Source: Obrimoposthia wandeli (taxonomy: Eukaryota). From it: DNA of 64,000 nucleotides. Positions within the stretch are counted from its first letter, which is position 1. The number at the start of each line of letters is the position of its first letter. Position numbers and translations under genes: made by a program. Below the pieces are notes generated by a model that was given only the letters and a program-made list of their open reading frames with translations, ran no database searches and was not told the origin of the DNA. Shown here piece by piece: positions 48,590 through 60,400 of the stretch. The stretch covers positions 186,001-250,000 of the forward strand of contig CDROCS010001465.1 of NCBI GenBank assembly GCA_977020255.1, given 5' to 3'.

Positions 48590-51147
48590 CAGGGTTTCTC
48601 AACCTTTTTTCACCACGGCCCTCTTTAGTTTGCAGCAAATTGCTGTAGCCCCCCTCTACTATGGACAAAAAGATTACATCGTATACGTATTGTTTTCAAT
48701 TATACTATTCTGTCATGGAAACATTCAAAAAGATAATCAATGAGAAAACTATATTTAAAAAATGTTAGTGTGACCCTTGCGCTTGGCGTTTGCCAACAAG
48801 TGTAGTGAAATCTGGAGCAATTTCAGAAAGTCGTAAACGGATTTCTGCATTGTCACACAACTTGAGATTCATCCGCTGTTTTGCGAACGAATGAAGGACA
48901 ACTGAGAACCCCTTCTCAGCTAACACCGACGTCGGTAGATTAACAATAAAGGGATAAACCTTCTTGAAAATTTCCGGATAAATTTCTGAATTTTCCAGCA
49001 ATGCTGCCACCCAATTCTGCTTTGACATGCTGATCATTTTGTCATCTCTGAGAACTTGACATAACTCCATTTGAATGTTCTCAGGAAAATCGATGATTTG
49101 ATCGACTGTCATGACGTGAAGACAATCAATATATGCTGGAACAGTCAACACAATTAAATCCTCAAATCTTAGCTGAAAGTTTGTATACAGGACTTCCAAG
49201 TGCACTAAAATGATGTCTCGCAAATCGGGATTGCAAACATCGTTGGCCAATTTTGGGAAATGACTGAAGTTACCAGCACGAATACTTGCTGCCCAAACGA
49301 TCAATTTGTTCATAAATGATTTGATAATTCGCTTGGCATCAACAATATTGAAATTTTGTGACTGCATAACCATGTTAAGCTCGTTTAGTTTTCCAAATAT
49401 TGCCTCCAGATATAAAATGGTGCTTTTGCTTTCAATCAGTTTGTTTGTGAGATTAGCATCTCTTTCGCTCAAGAATTCAACAACTCTGTCAAAAAGAGCG
49501 ACAAATCGCGACAGACAGTTTCCCATCGAGAGCCACCGTACCTCGGTATAGTAAAGCAAGCATTTAAAGTGCTCATCTTGACAAGCTTCACGAAAAAGGC
49601 GGTCTTGTAAAGCTCTTGCCTTTATTTTGTTAATTGCTGAGACAACAATTTTAAGACAATCCATCAAAGTTGTTCCGCCCAAGTCTTTCGCGACCAAATT
49701 CTCACGGTGAAGTACACAGTGCATTGTAAAGATGGTCCTGTCTTGCAGAAAGCGACCGACAACACCTTGCTTTTTACCCACCATAGATGGGGCACCATCA
49801 GTGCAAATGGATATCATGTTTCTCTTGTCTATACCATGATCCTCGAAGTACTTACAGACTGTGTTATACACAGATTCGCCTGTCGTGTTTACCACAGTTT
49901 TGATAAACAACAACTCTTCCTTGAGTTGTCTATTATCACCGAAACGGACAAATGCCAAAACAACCGCTTGGTTCGAAAATGTGCTTTCATCAAGCGTCAA
50001 TAAGAATTGTGAATTGTGAAGATCATTTGTGATGATGAATTCCACATTTGCAGCCATATCAGAAATACGTCGCGATATGGTGTCATTTGAGAGAGGAATC
50101 GATGCGAGCACTGACTGTGGATTTGATACATTGGCAACATTAAATGCTTCCAAGATAGCAGGTTTAATCAACTGCTCTGCCAGTGTATGCGCTCTACCCT
50201 GTTTCGCCATTAAATATGCAATTTTATATGATGCTGTTAAGCCAGAAGTAGAGTTCTGAGGAACCACAAATTTTCGCAATTGGGTTGAGGCTGTTGTCCT
50301 CTGATCACGAAGCTGAGTAAAATATGCGCGCGGTTTTGTTGCAATGTCAGGATGCTTCTTTTGGAGATGAGCCTCAAGTTTTGATGGTCGCATTGAGTCA
50401 TTGGAGAGCACAGTGTTACAGACAATACACTCAGGAAGTTGAGAATTACTTTGGCTTGCAATGAATCCGAAACGTAAATAATCACAATTATACTGTCTGC
50501 ACTTTTTTTTGCTGCTCATTGTCAACTAAAAATCAGAAATAAAAATTGTTTACAAGGGTAACGTGAGCAAAAAGACAATTAGAAAAACAAGGTCCTATGT
50601 GTGTACATTCAGATATGGTGAATGACAAACAAGAAGAAAGAAATCAACCACTGACTCATTCAAAACAAACACAAGTGCATGTTTGTGAGTTAGGTAGGTA
50701 GCATTTTACAATGGCAGCGTATTTTGGGCATGTACACATGAAGTGTGACACTCTTCTCTTCACACGCTGAGACACAACACGATTACTGATTTTAGTCCAT
50801 AGATTACTCAGGATGATAATTATGCACATGCCACATCCGCCACACAAACTTTTGTAGCGCGATGATATTTTTGCAAAGGCATATTATGATGTTTTACCGT
50901 CGGCCCTCATTGGGCTGGTACGCCCACGCAATAAGTTGACGCGTCGCGTCCATATGTATCTAGAAGTCTATACTCTGTTTTTATTCCATGTCAAACATTT
51001 ATTTGTGGCACACGTGTGCAGCCATCGAAGTGTTTAACCCAGTGAAAACAGGGGTGTTAATTTTTTATTTTTGTTTGGCTCGTGTAGCCCCCCTGGCAAA
51101 TTGTGTGGCCCCCCAGGGGGCCCCAGGGCCCCCGTTGAGAAACCCTG
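48590..51147 (-). mobile_element. hAT transposon, Buster type, 2558 bp
   Basis: 14-bp perfect TIR CAGGGTTTCTCAAC; 8-bp TSD CTTTAGAG / CTTTAAAG (nnnTAnnn, one mismatch). Confidence 0.93.
48765..50525 (-). CDS. Intact Buster-type hAT transposase (586 aa)
   Basis: BED finger CIVC..HLQKKH; LDEST; CTDGAPSM; CVLHRENL; RWLS; EKGFS. Confidence 0.92.
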   Translation of the reverse strand: MTMSSKKKCRQYNCDYLRFGFIASQSNSQLPECIVCNTVLSNDSMRPSKLEAHLQKKHPDIATKPRAYFTQLRDQRTTASTQLRKFVVPQNSTSGLTASYKIAYLMAKQGRAHTLAEQLIKPAILEAFNVANVSNPQSVLASIPLSNDTISRRISDMAANVEFIITNDLHNSQFLLTLDESTFSNQAVVLAFVRFGDNRQLKEELLFIKTVVNTTGESVYNTVCKYFEDHGIDKRNMISICTDGAPSMVGKKQGVVGRFLQDRTIFTMHCVLHRENLVAKDLGGTTLMDCLKIVVSAINKIKARALQDRLFREACQDEHFKCLLYYTEVRWLSMGNCLSRFVALFDRVVEFLSERDANLTNKLIESKSTILYLEAIFGKLNELNMVMQSQNFNIVDAKRIIKSFMNKLIVWAASIRAGNFSHFPKLANDVCNPDLRDIILVHLEVLYTNFQLRFEDLIVLTVPAYIDCLHVMTVDQIIDFPENIQMELCQVLRDDKMISMSKQNWVAALLENSEIYPEIFKKVYPFIVNLPTSVLAEKGFSVVLHSFAKQRMNLKLCDNAEIRLRLSEIAPDFTTLVGKRQAQGSH

Positions 51148-52860
51148 CTTTAAAGAAAACATTAATAAAATTTTTAATAAAATTCATTTATATAAAAAAT
51201 ATTTAAATATCTAAAATTTTACCTCAATAATCTGATACGGAAGTTTTTCCTGCCGCTCTATCGTTACTTCTGTCGATTTGAGCAGACAAGATTTCGCCTT
51301 TCTAAGACGCCTCGTCTTCCGTACAGCAGCCTGCCTCGTTCGCTTCTGCAGGAAAGGATAAATTTTGCTCCATGTCTCCTCAGTTAATTGTATTGGTTTC
51401 TGCAACAAAAAACATAAATAAAATTTAAAAATATAAATAATTTACCTCGATGACGGGCAGGTTAGCCTGTTTCGCCAACTTGACCTTCTTCCGATGGACC
51501 GTGTGGGTTTTGACCCGATGGCGTCGAGGTTTCTTAATCGCCGCTTGTTTCCTATCGACGGGTAGTCTGAGAGTTGCCTCCTCCTAAATTTCCTTCACCA
51601 ATTCGGCTTCCTATGTGAATAATTAAAATAATTAACTAATTTATAATAATATACCTCAAATTTAGCCGGAGTCGGTAGGTATCGTTGATCACTCCTGGGA
51701 TCATCCTGGCTACATTGACTCGCCAAGTACTGCAGTTCAATCAGCCTCTCCATCGTGGTCACTGACGGTGCCAAATCCAGTTGAAGTTTCTGAAAATGAA
51801 ATTAAAAAACATTTTAAATAAATGATGTATTGTCGGCTATTGAAGTTGGAGTTGTAGAGGGAGTGACACCATCCCAATCGTCGGTGAACAGGCGCCACTC
51901 GTCCTCGTCCAATTCTGCCACCATCGAATCGTTGGCTCCTGGGGCTCCGACACTTGGCTGTATCCATTCGTCGATGAATGGAGTCAAGTCCTCCTCACCA
52001 TCCGACGGAACGTCATCGATGAATAGCTCCTCGTCTGAGTCTGGTGCGAGTACTATCTCCGGCTGAGACAGCGGGATCAATTTCCAGGGGCATTTGATTG
52101 CCGCCTCAAAATTCTGGAAGAGATTGGATCTCCCTGCTGCTACTGCTGAAGTTGCCGTACGATTGGGTTTTGTATTTTGCCTGGGAGTACAGTCTTCCCA
52201 ATTCTCAATCGAATCCTGACTAGTCAGGTCGATATATTGGGATCTCTGTATCCCACCTCTCACGCTCATTGGTTCTTCTCTCGGAGTTGAGCTGGCCAAT
52301 GGCGGTTCTTCTAGCAACAGCTCGGCTCTTGCTGCTGCTTCTCCTTCGTCTCCTTCGCTCACCACCGACGAGTCTTGACTAAGTAAGTCAATGTACTGTG
52401 CCGGTGGTGGCGTTCGCTGCTGTACTGGAGAGAAATCCCCATATATATGTACCTCCATCTCTTCATCCAAATCGACGTTGTTGAAATTTGCCATTCTTGA
52501 TTAATGAAAAATAATGAAAAGAGGTTTCCTTATATACAAAAACAACAGACTAACCTTCTTTTATCGTCCAATGAAAGCGGGTTATTCAAATAATTTATTT
52601 GAAAAATCCATAGGCTTTTATCAATTTTTTAACTACGATTGAATGCGAGTATGTCATTGGATAAAAAAAATATTTTATTTGAAAATAGTATTATTTTCTC
52701 AAGTTTTTGTTGCTTAAGTTCAACGTCCAATGAGAACGTATTATTCAAATAATTTATAGTATTTTCTTAATTTTTGTTGATATTTGAATACATATATATC
52801 TTTTGATTTAAAATAGTAATATTTTCTTGACCTTACATGTTTGAAGGATAGAATTTTTTT

Positions 52861-53230
52861 CAGAAGTCATTTAAGGTCAAGTTAAGGTCATTACCTCATG
52901 AGGTCAAGGTCATTTAAGGTCATGATGACTCATTCTATGACTCATCGATGACTCATCCTATGACTCAACGTTAACTCATCCGAATAAATGAAAATGTTGA
53001 TATCATTTCCAATTTATGTAGTTGATAATTTAAAAATTTTTGCGACCCTATATATATGTATCTAGATATAAATTCTTATAGCGAAAATATTTTTCGCGGC
53101 CGTAGGGTGCAAAAAAAAATTCTCGCGTACAATTTTTCGCGCCCGCAGGGCGTGAATACTTTTTTTGCGACCCTATCTATATATGTATGGATATAAATTC
53201 TTATAAGGAAATTTTTTTTCGCGACCCTGT
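52861..53230. promoter_or_regulatory. Subterminal cluster of AGGTCA x5, TGACTCA x4 and TTTCGCG-type motifs, plus a ~125-bp duplication
   Basis: Motifs read directly at 52874-52922, 52926-52967 and 53091-53225. Confidence 0.55.
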
Positions 53231-55429
53231 ATATGTGTTGCTCGTTAAATCACCGCGGGCCCGGAGGGCACGCTTTGGCCCACTAAACGGCCTCCCAGGA
53301 CCTTCTTCACTTTTTTGGGAGCATTATGAGATTTTCAATTTTAAAGGGTGTTCGTTTGGATTATTGATAAATATTGTGAGTGAAAACTTGAAATCTCTAA
53401 ATCTAGTGCACAATTAAGCTGTGTTTGTATTCGCTATTCAGTTTAAAGATTCAATAAACAAAAATATATCATTTATTCTGAACAAATTAATTACACGTCC
53501 GAATATGATAATGATTATTTAGCTACTTATTGATTTAAAAATAAAGAAAATCAATTATAATAAGAAGTACTCATAAATATTCGATATCAATAATTGAAAA
53601 TCCATCTAGATATAAAATCCATTTGGGTGCAGTTTAATAATAACTCCAACAAAAATATCCCTAAGTACATATTAGTAAATTTCTATATTATATCTCATAA
53701 TTTAATTTACAATATATAGGATTGAAATTTTGACCGCTTTCAAATGAAAATTACAATAAAGTTATATTTCCATTTTAGTTTTAAAACTAATTCTAAATTT
53801 AAAAAATATTTTTACAGATTTCTAATACTAAATTTTGACTATGGTCTTCTCTGGAATATCAGAAATATCTGAATACAAAAGAATACAAAACATAACATTA
53901 TTTTATTCGAAAATATAAATTATATTGTACATTTATTCAATAATTAACAGCAAATAAAGCTCATCAGATGTATTTTAATCTAAAAAATATTTTCAAATAA
54001 TTATAGACCAGTTCTTTTTTTATTTTTATGTACTTTCAATACGATGTCCTTTCTTGACGATGAGAGACCTGTCAGGGCGAAATACTTTCAGAAACATTTT
54101 CAGTTGTTCTCGGAGAAAGTTGTCTTTAGATCATCTAATTTTTAAAAATTATGTTCAAATACCTTTAACTTTGTTTATCCCTTAAAGAAAAGTGTCAAAA
54201 GGAGTACTCTACCTTAGTGAAAAACAACTGGCCACATCCAGCGGGTGATACGAAGAAAGGGTACATCGTGATTACTTTGAAATCTCTGTATACTCTCTGT
54301 CGTTCAAAGTGCATGTAAGAAAAAGTGGCTGATCCCACTGTACTGGCTTCTTTGTATTCACCCTTTCCTTAATTGCATCATTGTAATTCATATTAATTAT
54401 TTTCATTGTAATAATTTATAGTAATAAATTAACAAATCAAAATATTAAACCGATCAGATTCGAGCATATAACTATCCGTATAAACGTATTTCAGTTAGAC
54501 TGTAATTTTTACAATGTTCAGTTTTTAAAATGTGCCAACGAAGAATAAGAGATCATCAAATGAAGTAAAAAACAATAAGAAGAAGCTTGATGAATCTATC
54601 ATAATTGATTCTGATGATACTGAAATTAATTAAATTTCATTAGCCATATTTCTTGAGCCGAAGTTTCACACTCTCAAAATTCCATAAATCTCGGAATTTA
54701 AATTTCCTATTATACTAACAATAACGAAATTTTATTACGTCATATCAAAGATACACAACACTGACATCAATAGTATAAACAATATCTTCAAAGACATCTA
54801 ATTAGATATCAAAAAACAAACAGACTCAACAAAAAGAAATTACTGAAGGTCATGTGAAAGTGCTATATTTTTTACATTTCTTGGGTACTTAGATGTCATA
54901 TCCAACAAAGAATTACCCATAGTAAAAGCAACCTTTTAATGTCATCTTCAAAATGTCAAGAATTAAAACAAACACAGATTTTACAATTTAGACTTCTATT
55001 TGCTATAAATCCTTTCTTTATCACATAAATCATATGTAAAACTATTATTATATAGCCAGACAATTAAACACGCACACAAGCACAAAAAAGTGCAATACCA
55101 AATTTCGGCCCTCTTTTGGTAATTCACAATTAACGTAATTACGCGATTCAGCAACGTTGGAAGGGAGCGGGAACGCAAGCTTTAAAAGGTATATCATTAA
55201 CGGTAAATGATGAATCTATTGTGTAATCAATGAATTATATTACAAATTTTATATGAAATTAGAGAGATAAGAACGTTAGAAATAAAATGATGTTGATGAC
55301 TATTTTACATTCAAAAGTCATAAGAAAATATCTGACTATAATTAAAAGACATTAGAGTTTTGGACTACACAATAAAAAAGTTACAAAAAGTAAGAATACC
55401 TAGATTTATTTTCAATACAAAATTTGATA

Positions 55430-55860
55430 AACAAAATGTACATGTGCTTGTGGATGTGTAATGTGACGCATTCGGAGCTGAAGTCTATGTCAGGAGTGTT
55501 CAGCAAGACGAAATCTGTGTATTATAAGTGATGGCAAAATACATATAAGTATTTCCAAAGTTTGAATTGATGGCAGCTTGTGAAGGTTTAAAGTGGGCTC
55601 AGGTGCTCACAATCACATGGTGTAGATATATTAAATACGTGATATTCTGGTCAGATAGTGAAGATGTGATGTGGTGGATCAAACAACCAGGGATATATTA
55701 TAAACAGTTTGTAGCAAATCAAGAGGGGGTTATTCAGAAGATGCCAGAAACAAATCGGTGGAGGTATGTTCCAACAAAGGAAAATCCTGTGAATTAGGTT
55801 AGGGGACAATAGAACTCGCTGAAAGTAAACGATTGTAGAAAGTGCCTGAATTCTTAGTTA
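55430..55860 (+). pseudogene. BEL/Pao LTR retrotransposon RNase H-region remnant
   Basis: ELMAA..G...FWSDSEDVMWWI...KQFVAN..IQ...WRYVPTKENP. Confidence 0.75.
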
Positions 55861-56258
55861 AAAATCCAAAAATTGCTATTAAGTCACCAATCAAGTGAAC
55901 GAGATAGTGAGATCCAAATTAAAAGAGATCTGTGTTTTACGGTATAGATAACTTTTAGAAGTTGTTTAGAGATCGAAACGGTTTTGGAGTTGTAAAAATT
56001 AAAACGCTTAAGCCTATATAACTCGTTTCATCCTCAGTTGTCAAAGTTCAGAGGATTTTTTCGTGATATTTGAAATCGATTAGAAAAAAAATCTTAATTT
56101 TGCCCTATTTGTATGAAATTCATCAATTTTCATATATAATCGAAACTCAAATAGATCTGTTCTTTCATAAATTTTGAAATTCTTCAAAACCGGTTTTATT
56201 TCATAAATACTAGTTTATGTTTTTTCCTAAAAATGAAAGTTTGTACATTTGCAATAAG

Positions 56259-56484
56259 GTATGATGAGGTGCGCTCGATTCCTTTCTTGCGAGCTTTCCT
56301 CGATGAGGCTTACCGGTTCTTTCCGGTGATCCCGCGCATCCCACATGCAGTGGACAAAGATCTGGACTTCCGAGGTTACCGACTTCATCCTGGCGACCTT
56401 GTGCAGGTCGATTTACGGGCCATTTCCCGCGACCCAGAGTTGTGGCCCGATCCAGACGTGTTTGATCCCAACAGGTTTCTTGAG
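56259..56484 (+). CDS. Cytochrome P450, exon 4 (K-helix and meander)
   Basis: ataag|G completes the phase-2 CA-G codon from exon 3; EAYR (ExxR), DPELWPDP..FDPNRF; donor GAG|GTGAGA. Confidence 0.9.
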
Positions 56485-56779
56485 GTGAGACAGTCTTTCT
56501 TGGTAATTACAGTTTCAGTAGAATTATTAGTCAAACGTTTTTCAGTTAAACGTATATAAAAACAATTACCCTACATTTCCGGGTATATCCCGCATTTGTC
56601 TACAGCACACAGACATAGATACCATTCAATTTTTGAAACAATTTAATTAATACCGCTAGCAATTGTCAAAGAATTCTTTTAAAAGTCAGTAGAAAGTGCT
56701 ATTTTATTTTGATGCACCGAAATTGACTTTCATTATGTCGAGTGATGTCAACCGGCCAAAAACTGTCGGTTAACTGAGA

Positions 56780-57120
56780 AGAAACGTTTGAACAATACGA
56801 CTAGAAACGTCGATCTAAAATACATATACAATATGGATGAGGTGCTTATGTGCATCGGCATACACAAATTATATTGTTTAGTCAGTTTGGCAAATAATGT
56901 TAATAGTACCCCGCAGGATTATAAACAAACAGTTTTACTTTTATTTGATGTAATTGCCACGGACGGGAATATTTTGTCCTATGGTGATCTTTAAGCGTAA
57001 ATCTTTTCTAACGTCTATGCTAATGAAAACGGACCGTCAAATTAAGATGGTTTCAAGATAAAAATATGTAAAGTTTGAACAGATGGCCTGTCTTCTTTTG
57101 ACTCAAATATGTTCTAATTT
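56780..57120 (+). pseudogene. Highly degenerate pogo-like transposase remnant
   Basis: KYIYNMDEVLMC resembles the pogo I.NMDETP motif; the rest is poorly conserved. Confidence 0.35.
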
Positions 57121-57157
57121 TGTTTCCGTGCCTGCTCATTAAACATAATCTGCGAAG

Positions 57158-57197
57158 GACAATGGGCTGGCAGTATCCTCTATTGATATAATTCCAG
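57158..57197 (+). CDS. Putative short P450 exon 5
   Basis: ag|GAC AAT GGG ... CCA G|GTGAGG gives RFLE-DNGLAVSSIDIIP, the expected position before the heme motif; acceptor is weak. Confidence 0.5.
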
Positions 57198-57338
57198 GTG
57201 AGGTAATTAAATTGCTCCAATCACTATATAATCACTTCAATATAAAAAGAGCCTTACTTAGGATAACTTGTGAGTGAATTTTAAATTCCATCAATTCCAT
57301 GTTTACCGAATTTAAAAGGCATATTTTATATATGGTGG

Positions 57339-57448
57339 TGTTGATAACGTATTGGTGAATGGAGATTCCGATGAATCATTGGGTGAGTGTGTTGATGACG
57401 TATTGGTGAATGGAGATTCCGATGAATCATTGGGTGAGTGTGTTGATG
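57339..57448. repeat. 51-bp tandem duplication (2.2 units)
   Basis: Units start at 57339, 57390 and 57441. Confidence 0.85.
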
Positions 57449-60400
57449 TATTGTCGAATTCATTTTTGAATTGATTGGATATGTAAGAGAAGAGTCTCAA
57501 ATTGAAAACTGGATGGAAAATTGATTTTTTTATTAATTATATCTAAATTCTATTTTGTGAATAATTTCGTGTATAACCCGGACCATTATTATTTTTTCAA
57601 AGTTACTTCTTTTCTTTACATGGGCCGTATGTTATACCCGAAACTTTGGTGTTTTGCAGCTTCTGTAGTTTGCATCTTATAATATTGACGAGACCGCAGT
57701 TACCCAAAAGAAGTAATGTCTCTGAATTGATACTTTAGAAATATTAATTGAAGTCTACTTAACTGAAATATACAATACTATCAGTTTTAAAATGAATTTA
57801 AGTTATAATTGGGGGCTGCTAAAATATTTTTCAATTTATCTCTTACGGACAATGTAATCCTGGAGTGATGGAGGATGATTAAATGGATATTAAAATTAGA
57901 ATGAACAAACATTTTAGTAGGAAATATATTCGAAAAATAATAAAGATGACAATTACAACACAAAACGAAAAATTATATACGGATATAAGAATTAAAAATG
58001 CAGCAAATAGGGTTTACAAAATGACGTTTCTAAAAAACATTGTTTCAGTATATTGACTCAGAATTGTTTTATTACAATTTGTGAAATTTTAATACGAAGC
58101 GAAGAAAAAGGTAAAAATAAAAGAAAACTATCATTTGAAAAGGGAATTAACGTTTTTTTAACGTATAACGTAAAATCAAAAGTTGTTATTCAATAAAACA
58201 GGTTTTTAATTATTTGAGTATATACCAGAGTGTTTATCTTCTTGTGTGACCCGAACAAAAAGATCTGAAATTCACTGTATTGCGACTCGATTCTAATGTG
58301 CAACACTGTTTGTCAATTCTACTGTTAGAGTTAAATTTTAAAGAACATTAAAATAACAAATATTTAAATTATTATCCTTAAAAACTTTTAAAACAATTGC
58401 TTAAGTTATGAATAACGTTTATACCAAAATACTTATTAAAATGTTATTTAGTGACCCACAATTAAGAATAATAGTTTTAAAATATTAATTAATTTTGTGT
58501 AAAATTCAACTTTTTACGAATAACATTTTAAAGAAAGACCTTAGATCAAAATCTGAACTACACATAATTAGTAATGAAATATCGATTTATTTCATGTATG
58601 CTTGAAAGTTTTTCAACTTTTGTATTAAGAAAAATCCGCAAAAATGTGATTTTTGTTAATTAAAATGTTAATTAATGAAACTTTAAATTATTTTTAATAT
58701 CATCGTCGTTATATATATTTTTAATGTTAACATGTTACGATATATTTCTTTATTAGGAACTCTCAAAATTGTTGGCCTCCTGGCCATTTGTTGTTGTAGT
58801 TGTATATAATAAAATTATATTGCAATACCTATATATATATATATTTAATATTTAAATTAAGCTCAACATTACGTAACTGAGCTCATAAATCAGTGACGTT
58901 GCGTGTACTAGTCAAATATCTCTACAGCTGTGTAGGACTGCGAATATAAACCGCACATACAAATAGACTAATTCATTATTTCAATTAATTAAAGTTTCAA
59001 TCATAAGCTTTCACATTCATTGATTTGCCGCATTTTATTATACCTAAATGGGTTTGTATTAAAAAGTGTAAATTTCACGGCGAACGTGGTCAATCAATTA
59101 ATTAGGAACTGAATGGAATTTCTTTGTCGACTTCAAAGGGAAGTCAATATGCATTATTTGCAATGAGAATATTTTGATATGTACGAACAACAATATTGAC
59201 TGCCTGTGTAAGTTGTGACAGATTCAGGGATCAAATTCGACACTACAAGGTAGCAGAATTATGTAAACAAATCTGGAGTCAGCTAGGTTACTGCTTAATT
59301 ACCAATATAATATAAGTCATTGAAGCGGTTCTTTTCAGGGTGTCTTTGAATTTACGAAATCAATCGGCGTATTTTTAAAGTAATCCGTAAAAGTTGGATA
59401 TGGATCAACACGTCTACAGCTTTGTATCTGAATGATTTTCATCATAAATGTGATTTGAATGATATTTCAAATTTTTATTTTTATTATAGTATTTTAACAG
59501 ATTTAGTTGTTTATAAGTTGTTTATAAATGCATTTTGTTTTAAATAAATTTATTGTCGGTTTAAGATGCGCATTATTTAATATATAAAATTATGAAAAAT
59601 GTTCTCGTCATAAATCGGTTAAACTAAAGCTTCAAATTAAAATAATCCAATCAAAGATATTGAAGTAATTATAATTTTGTCTGTAGACTGTAGAAAAATA
59701 TTAATAATTGTGAAAAAACACTCAAATTGATGTTCTTATTTGAAATTGGGAGGAAATTAGAAAATTTCACAATGTTATTTTGAATTGCCTTAATGATCCA
59801 CACAGGAAATTGACAGTATTTTAAAGGAAGCAGCCAAATTTCTTCTACAGATTTGATATTTATAGCCATTTATTAGAAAAGATCTGCTAGTAATCAATTT
59901 GAGATCGCTTATTAAATGGTGAAAGAATTATCGCTGAGATTTTCAACAGTTTCAGTTTATAGTTTTGTAATTTAACCAAAAGAAAAGTCAATTCTCTCTA
60001 AATGTCAAACAGAACATGAGTCACGACTATAACAAAGTAAAGTCTTCAGACACAAAAGGAGGGGCCTACATGGTCCAGATCAATTTAACTACTAATCATA
60101 TGATTTACGAACGAACAAAAATATTTCAGTAAGAATTAAGATTATTGTATAAGCAGAAAAGCGTGTTAAAAAATTATTTATATCACTTTGAATTTTATAA
60201 AATCTTTGAATATCAAACAGTTTAAAATATGATATCATATAGATGATACTAAAACATAAATATATGAAAATACATTTCAAACATAAAAACTATTTTTTTT
60301 CCAAAAAAAATTTGTTTTAAATTGACCGCAATTATTTCTAAATTTTAAGTCCTTGTAAAATATTTTCAAAGGAGAATTATTTCTGAAATCATTATTAAAT

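Larger units (their letters stand above)
47925..52494 (-). pseudogene. Five-exon disordered nuclear protein (~600 aa) with SIM-like, acidic, basic-repeat and AT-hook-like motifs, split by the hAT insertion
   Basis: Exons 52494-~51832, 51789-51655, 51610-51446, 51399-51223 and 48581-47925, all phase 0; one TAG; first donor non-canonical. Confidence 0.65.
34000..53310. mobile_element. Polinton/Maverick (adintovirus-like), near-complete but decayed, inside P450 intron 3; true termini not resolved
   Basis: Full hallmark gene set: ATPase, retroviral-type integrase, minor and major capsid, adenain, pPolB; multiple stops and frameshifts. Confidence 0.92.

Noticed and set aside
54000-54400. Degenerate minus-strand ORF (MNYNDAIKERVNTKKPVQW...)
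   Set aside because: Multiple stops and no recognisable motif
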